DNA of 64,000 nt from assembly GCA_003327435.1 (NCBI GenBank), contig QOQV01000011.1, positions 2,697-66,696 on the forward strand. The letters are read 5' to 3'. The notes under the pieces are model-generated. The model searched no databases. It had not been told where the DNA came from and saw only the letters and a list, made by a program, of their open reading frames with translations. This document shows positions 58,928 to 64,000 of this stretch, piece after piece (within the stretch, counting starts at the first letter, position 1; every line of letters begins with the position of its first letter). The DNA is from Ignavibacteriota bacterium. Lineage in GTDB: Bacteria; Bacteroidota; Ignavibacteria; UBA10030; BY39. The position numbers and the translations under genes are program-made.

Positions 58928-60319
58928 CTATTTACCGGTTAATGCCTTGGTTAAAATTTCCTGTGCTTCATCTTCCAGCCGTATGGCTTCAGCACGTAAA
59001 TCATAGGCCTGGCGCACCAGGTCTCCTATTTCTTTTTGTTGATCTTTTTCTGGTATAGGTATTAATAAACTATTCAAATAGTCATCGTCAATAACATCTA
59101 TTACTGAACCGTGCTTAAATCGGTCAATTTGATAAAAACCATAATCTGATGATAAAAAAGCATAATAATAGCCAGGATCAATACTTCCAGAATTAGGGAT
59201 AATTCTTAGAACATTATCTGAAACTGCAAAATTTTCATAGTTATGATAAATATATATAGTTCGCCCAACAGTCCCTGCCCTTGTAACTAATATATAATCT
59301 TTATATACCAAAAGGTTTGATACATCATTTGTTTCTGTTTTGGAGATGTATTTTAAACCAGTAGGTCTAATCTGAATTAAGTTTTTGCCCGAGAGAAATG
59401 GTATCCCATTTAGAGCATCAACATAATTTCGTGCAAACATTTTTGGTGTAAATGCAGAAATATTTAATTCTCCTGAATAAACAATTTTATTTTGTGATAA
59501 CTTCAGTTTTGCTATAATCGTTTCTGCCACTGGATTATAGTAATTTGCATCCAACCTAAAGTCATCGGTAAATTCTTTGGTGCTTACAAGCCGTAAATCG
59601 ATTTCCTTATCGCGGTCCAGAGTTTCAAATTCTGCCTCCTCCAGCGGGGGAAGGTTGTTGTATTCGAGAACAAGGGTGCGGGCTTTGATTAAAAGATTAT
59701 GTGCATCTTCACGGCAACGAACGGCAGCCAAATATAAATCATTGGTTTCTGTAATAATATCATCTGGCAGAATTGGTATTGGTATTTGGGCTATTTGTGG
59801 GGCTTCAATATATTTTACAACTGCTCCTGCTGCATAATCATTAAGCAACTTATTTCCATAATTGCTTGATAAAAAAGCTGCTATAAAACCTGTAAAGTTT
59901 TCTTTAGGAATTATTCGCGCCACATTATTTGCAACTGCAAAGTCATTGATAATACTATCAACTATGCGTATGTTTCCAATTGTACCAAACCCAGTAACAA
60001 GTATCCATCCATTTTTAACTCGAAGATTTAATTTATTCGCCTGTTCATTAGTAATAAAATCAATTTCCGGTTCTAGAGACGATATCTCGGCACTTGCCAA
60101 ATAGCGACATTCATTTACATCATTAATAAATTCGCGTTTAAAAACGGGTGGATTAAATATATCTTTACATAATTCATATAAAAACTTTGTCTCTAATCCA
60201 TTAATAAAAGTCTGATTTGCTGAATAAAATGATGGATTCAATTTACAATCAACAAAGTCAATTACAGATGATTGGACAAGAACAGTGTCAATATCAAAAT
60301 ATTCAAATATCCTATTCAT
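58928..60319 (-). CDS. hsdS: Type I restriction-modification specificity subunit (HsdS), two target-recognition domains
   Basis: 463 aa with two homologous halves (…ILVTGFGTIGNIRIV…AVANNVARIIP…FLSSNYG… and …ILVTRAGTVGRTIYI…AVSDNVLRIIP…FLSSDYG…). Each half is followed by a helical conserved region. The start overlaps the hsdM stop by 8 nt. Confidence 0.85.
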   Translation of the reverse strand: MNRIFEYFDIDTVLVQSSVIDFVDCKLNPSFYSANQTFINGLETKFLYELCKDIFNPPVFKREFINDVNECRYLASAEISSLEPEIDFITNEQANKLNLRVKNGWILVTGFGTIGNIRIVDSIINDFAVANNVARIIPKENFTGFIAAFLSSNYGNKLLNDYAAGAVVKYIEAPQIAQIPIPILPDDIITETNDLYLAAVRCREDAHNLLIKARTLVLEYNNLPPLEEAEFETLDRDKEIDLRLVSTKEFTDDFRLDANYYNPVAETIIAKLKLSQNKIVYSGELNISAFTPKMFARNYVDALNGIPFLSGKNLIQIRPTGLKYISKTETNDVSNLLVYKDYILVTRAGTVGRTIYIYHNYENFAVSDNVLRIIPNSGSIDPGYYYAFLSSDYGFYQIDRFKHGSVIDVIDDDYLNSLLIPIPEKDQQKEIGDLVRQAYDLRAEAIRLEDEAQEILTKALTGK

Positions 60320-62312
60320 CTTTCTTCGCTTCTTTGTGTTTTAGATATTCAGCCGCCACTTTAGGTAATTCATCATCCACAATCCGACCGGTGGTTTCCA
60401 CCGTGGGCAGGAAGTCCAAAATGGTGGATTCGGCAAAAGTTTTATATAATGCTCGGTTTACAATCTCACGGCCTTTTTCATCTTTCTTGTAAATAATATT
60501 ACCCCTGCGGTCTTTGCCCACTTTTTTTACATTGGCCATAAATATTTTATAAGGTACCATTTCACCACTCATACTTTCCATTAGTTTTTCCTGCTCGCTC
60601 TTCCTGCGCAGAATTAAAACGCTGGTTTGGGTACCGGTGCGTGGCAAAAAGGTTTCCACAGGTAAATCCACGCTGGCAAGTACTTGACAATTTTGCAAAA
60701 TCCAATAGCGCACGTAAGCATAACCAGGGTTGCTCAAGATGCTATCTGGTAGCACAATGCCCAACTGTCCGGTGCCCGGTTTCAAAAAGTTTACGCAGCG
60801 TTCTACAAACAGCACTTCCGGCTCCATTGCATTTTTCAGGTTGGCTTCCATCTGCCAACGCCCATCATTAGTTTTGCTCCAACTGTGCGCCAGATCGTAT
60901 TGCTCCAGAATTTCTACGCTGTCTATTTTTATTTTGGCACCAAATGGGGGATTAGCCATCACAAAATCCATAGAACCCAACTGTATTTTTTCCTGTACCT
61001 CTTTGGGCCATTGGTTTGGTGCTTTAAGTGAATTAACGGCGAACAAGCCGCCCCGGCCATCGTTGTTCATTATCATATTCATCTGCGCGGCTTTTACCAG
61101 ATTGCTGTTAAAGTCGGTGCCAAATATATTTTTTCCCGCCTCGTGAATTTCCTCAAACAAGGCTTTCTCTTCGGCTTCGGTGGGTTTATTGGGATTAGCC
61201 CAATTAGCCTTATGCTTTTGCCGAAGTTTCTCGCTGATGTAATTAAAGGCAATCACAATAAAACCTCCAGTTCCGCAAGCGGGATCGTATATGCGTGCAC
61301 CCGGTTCGGGATCAAGCATCTTAACCGTCATTTTCACCACATTACGGGGTGTAAAAAATTCCCCCTTTGTGCCTTCCAGCGTTGGTCCTACAATAGTTTC
61401 GTAGGCCACACCTTTAACATCTACCGATGAATGTATAAAGTCATATTTTTCCAACTGCGAAACTATGTATGAAACAGTTTCTGCATTGAATAAAATGCCG
61501 GAAGCCTGCGCCTCAAACAGCCCGGCAAATTCTTTACGCTGTTTCACCTCTTTGAACAGACTTTCGATGCGGTCTTTTACCTCTTTGCGTCCGTCTGGGT
61601 CGTTGCGTTCTTCCGCACTGCGGATGGCAAAACGCGGTCTGCCTCCGTGGGTTTCGTCTTCAATCTTGGCAAAAAGGATTTTCAGGAACTCCCAGAAGAT
61701 CTGCTCCTTGCTGCCGCCTTGATTAGCGTGAATATAATCATGGCAACGTTTAAAGGCATAAAGCAAGTTATTGCCGGTAGCTATTCTTAATCTGCGTCTG
61801 TCGGTTGTATAAATGGAAGAATCATCCTCGCCTTTGCGTGGGAAGTCATTTACCGGAAAAACATCGGTTTCAAATTTTGTTTTCTTTTTCTGGAAATAAA
61901 GTGTTTCAACACCGTTGGTCCAACAACCAAACTCTGCTGATGGCACATCCACCAGCCATTGTTCTAGTTCATCGGTGCCATTCTTTTTTGATGCAGGTTC
62001 TGTTTTGGGATTCGCAACTAAAATGAGTATAAACGGGTCTTCCGTTCCTTCTTTCAAAACTGCCAACGGCACTTTTTTTATCTGTTGTTTGCTGCCGTTC
62101 CAAACCTTTATTTTAAGGTCAATTCGTATGTCTTCTTTCAAATAATTATATTCTTCAGTAAGGGTCCGTTCAAAATTTTGGCGCACATTTTCCTGTTCGC
62201 TTTCTTGTAACCATTGTCCAGTTATGTAATCTGCTATTTTGCCATCCGGGATAATAGCCTGGGTTTCATAGTCTATACTTGGCTCTTTTACTTTTTTAAC
62301 TTCTTCGCTCAT
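60312..62312 (-). CDS. hsdM: Type I-like N6-adenine DNA methyltransferase (HsdM-like, gamma class) with an extra N-terminal domain
   Basis: 666 aa. AdoMet motif I is IYDPACGTGGF (about nt 61260-61286). Catalytic motif IV is MANPPFG (about nt 60939-60953). An HsdM_N-like helical region spans aa ~175-300. The first ~160 aa resemble an HsdR_N/PD-(D/E)xK-like module. Confidence 0.9.
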   Translation of the reverse strand: MSEEVKKVKEPSIDYETQAIIPDGKIADYITGQWLQESEQENVRQNFERTLTEEYNYLKEDIRIDLKIKVWNGSKQQIKKVPLAVLKEGTEDPFILILVANPKTEPASKKNGTDELEQWLVDVPSAEFGCWTNGVETLYFQKKKTKFETDVFPVNDFPRKGEDDSSIYTTDRRRLRIATGNNLLYAFKRCHDYIHANQGGSKEQIFWEFLKILFAKIEDETHGGRPRFAIRSAEERNDPDGRKEVKDRIESLFKEVKQRKEFAGLFEAQASGILFNAETVSYIVSQLEKYDFIHSSVDVKGVAYETIVGPTLEGTKGEFFTPRNVVKMTVKMLDPEPGARIYDPACGTGGFIVIAFNYISEKLRQKHKANWANPNKPTEAEEKALFEEIHEAGKNIFGTDFNSNLVKAAQMNMIMNNDGRGGLFAVNSLKAPNQWPKEVQEKIQLGSMDFVMANPPFGAKIKIDSVEILEQYDLAHSWSKTNDGRWQMEANLKNAMEPEVLFVERCVNFLKPGTGQLGIVLPDSILSNPGYAYVRYWILQNCQVLASVDLPVETFLPRTGTQTSVLILRRKSEQEKLMESMSGEMVPYKIFMANVKKVGKDRRGNIIYKKDEKGREIVNRALYKTFAESTILDFLPTVETTGRIVDDELPKVAAEYLKHKEAKKDE

Positions 62313-62322
62313 ATTATGTTTT

Positions 62323-63945
62323 TTATACCTTTTGTATTTCCGGTTCTATTTTAAATCGTGGTTTAATCACTTGTGAGTTGGATGCATCCGACAAATCGGT
62401 ATAGAAACCTAGTTGGCGGAGTCTGTTTTTCAATGCTTCGTAGTTATTGTTCAACGCTTTAGCAATTTCTGGGCTGTCGTTGTCTTCCGGCCATTCGTTA
62501 ATGTATATACCATACCGGTTTTTCAGCCATTCCACAAATGAAACGATGGTAATGGGTTGGGTTTTAAATCCTCGAGCATCAGCACTCACAACTGCTAATT
62601 GTACCAATACTTCAAGCAGAAGATTTCCTAAAACATATTTACGCCTCTTACCCCTGCCTCCCTGAAGAAAGCCATCGTCATTGTTCATAGAACAAATTGC
62701 AGACATAAATTTTTTATGACGATTTACAAGGTTTTTCCAATTTGATTTATCATTACATAAAACTTCAATATATTTATCTAATGGAGAAATATTTAGATTT
62801 AAAATTTCCTGAATATCAGGATCACCTCTAAGATCTTCATCCGTAATAATCTCACCCAATTTCACTTCAAAATATCCATCAGAATGTTTTTCAAACTCTA
62901 ATAAATCCTCAATATTAGGTTCGTTTATTCCACGTATTTTAGCAAATTCTGCAAGTTTTGCTAATTTGTAATGGGCCTTGAAATAGCGATACATCTCATT
63001 ATAATTATTTTCAGTGCTTTTTTTTGCGAGCGTATCACATATTTTATCTTGACCTAATGTTAAATCAACAAAGATTTTTGGCTGGAAATCACATCTTCCT
63101 AATTTATCAAAATCTTTTTCATTTTGAATAGATTTACAAAGACCACAATGCAACTTTTTATTATTCACCAATGAGATTATTTGTTTATAAGTTTTCATTG
63201 AAAATACTGCCGTATGAAACCTAAAAATTATGGTTAGATAATTAAATAATTCTCTTCTTGGGACTGAATTTTTATATACTAATACTTTTAAAGTATCTGT
63301 AAGTATTTGTTTTCTTTGGGCTTCACAAATAAAATTATAGTTTTGAACTAATTTTACTCCTGTTGAAGGTTTATCCACTTTAAAGTTTTCAAGTAGTCTT
63401 AACAAGAATTGTGTTTCAATATCTAAACCATCAAATTTTTCTTCATCAACTTTTAAGTCATATTCTCCAAATCTTTTTGTACCTTCTAATAGATAAGACA
63501 TTAAAAAATCACTATCACTAGCAATAGAACTGCCTTTGAATACATTATACAAGAAAGTACTAATTTCACGGTCGTGACTCTTAATCCTTGGATCATAAAG
63601 TTTAATTGTGCTTAAGTGAAGTGGTTTAATATGGGCAACTCTTGTTCTACCCTTTCTTCCTTTTCCTTCAACTACTGTAGTGGCATAATCCGCAACAATC
63701 CAATTCTTCATTAATCTTTCTCTTAATGGATCGTCAACCCCTTCGAAACTAGTCTTATTGTATTTTACTAGTTCTACTAAATTCTCTGGATAAAGTGTGT
63801 CCTTACTTGTTTGCGCTATCACTTTACCTTTAGTGTATAGTAAAACAAGTAATCTTATAATTGCTCTTTCAAAATTCAAACTATTTGCCTCAATAGGCAT
63901 TACCGGAAAATATCTAAAGGCTTTTTGTTTTTTGTCAAGTGCCAT
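62323..63945 (-). CDS. 540-aa hypothetical protein, first complete gene of the defence-like operon (possible DptG-like partner; unverified)
   Basis: An uninterrupted ORF 10 nt upstream of hsdM. I could not assign any catalytic motif. It has a basic patch KGRKGRTRVAH, a Cys cluster HCGLC...GRCD, and a C-terminal region GGRGKRRKYVLGNLLLEVLVQLAV...WLKNRYGIYI. Confidence 0.5.
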   Translation of the reverse strand: MALDKKQKAFRYFPVMPIEANSLNFERAIIRLLVLLYTKGKVIAQTSKDTLYPENLVELVKYNKTSFEGVDDPLRERLMKNWIVADYATTVVEGKGRKGRTRVAHIKPLHLSTIKLYDPRIKSHDREISTFLYNVFKGSSIASDSDFLMSYLLEGTKRFGEYDLKVDEEKFDGLDIETQFLLRLLENFKVDKPSTGVKLVQNYNFICEAQRKQILTDTLKVLVYKNSVPRRELFNYLTIIFRFHTAVFSMKTYKQIISLVNNKKLHCGLCKSIQNEKDFDKLGRCDFQPKIFVDLTLGQDKICDTLAKKSTENNYNEMYRYFKAHYKLAKLAEFAKIRGINEPNIEDLLEFEKHSDGYFEVKLGEIITDEDLRGDPDIQEILNLNISPLDKYIEVLCNDKSNWKNLVNRHKKFMSAICSMNNDDGFLQGGRGKRRKYVLGNLLLEVLVQLAVVSADARGFKTQPITIVSFVEWLKNRYGIYINEWPEDNDSPEIAKALNNNYEALKNRLRQLGFYTDLSDASNSQVIKPRFKIEPEIQKV

Positions 63946-64000
63946 AACGTTTCTATTTAAATTTTTGTTAAAACCAATTTGCCTGCTACGGATTTCTCAA

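Noticed and set aside
53813-63945. The operon could be classified as BREX, DISARM, a classical Type I/III R-M system or a Dnd system.
   Set aside because: I saw no PglZ phosphatase, BrxC/PglY-type or BrxL/Lon genes, which argues against BREX. I saw no DrmA/DrmB helicase-DUF1998 or PLD genes, which argues against DISARM. There is no SF2 helicase HsdR or Res, which argues against classical Type I or III. There are no DndA-E/SspA-D sulfur-modification genes within the window, which argues against Dnd. I cannot exclude other named methylation-associated systems, such as MADS, without running HMM searches.

Overview
64 kb from a low-GC chromosome, roughly mid-30s % GC by eye. It is most likely an FCB-group bacterium (Ignavibacteriota/Bacteroidota-like), because two proteins carry T9SS C-terminal sorting domains and many genes have Shine-Dalgarno sites. 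About 52 kb is densely packed housekeeping DNA, and no rRNA, tRNA, CRISPR array, transposase or integrase was seen. The housekeeping part contains: a minus-strand M16-M16-aroB-aroD/E-aroA-aroC block; uvrA; mscL; an OmpA-family protein with TSP3 repeats; a TetR-TolC-MFP-RND-PG0541-like efflux locus; MFS, ybaK and DUF429 genes; a marR-yceI pair; an ADH; a 1265-aa S8 protease with a T9SS tail; uvrB-comF; a MacA/MacB-like pair; ahcY-metK; a cinA-thpR-RR-recA-recX-exonuclease-exonuclease block; pgpA/pgsA; and rpmB. A nearly perfect 205-bp tandem repeat of hairpin-rich REP/MITE-like sequence lies at 38.9-39.45 kb. Right of rpmB (about 51.95 kb to the window end) the character changes. First come two decayed, high-GC gene remnants: an MgtA-like P-type ATPase N-terminus and a stop-riddled T9SS-tailed protein. 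Then comes a tightly packed minus-strand operon running off the window edge: a 540-aa unknown protein, a Type I-like N6-adenine methyltransferase (HsdM-like), a two-TRD HsdS, and a 1701-aa protein with a PD-(D/E)xK-like motif and a C-terminal HerA/FtsK-type ATPase. No HsdR helicase-nuclease is present. I read this as a candidate hybrid defence system in which a Type I-style methylation/recognition module is coupled to a DptG/DptH-like or entirely new effector. It is the most interesting thing in the window. All functional calls rest on motif recognition by eye; no database searches were run.
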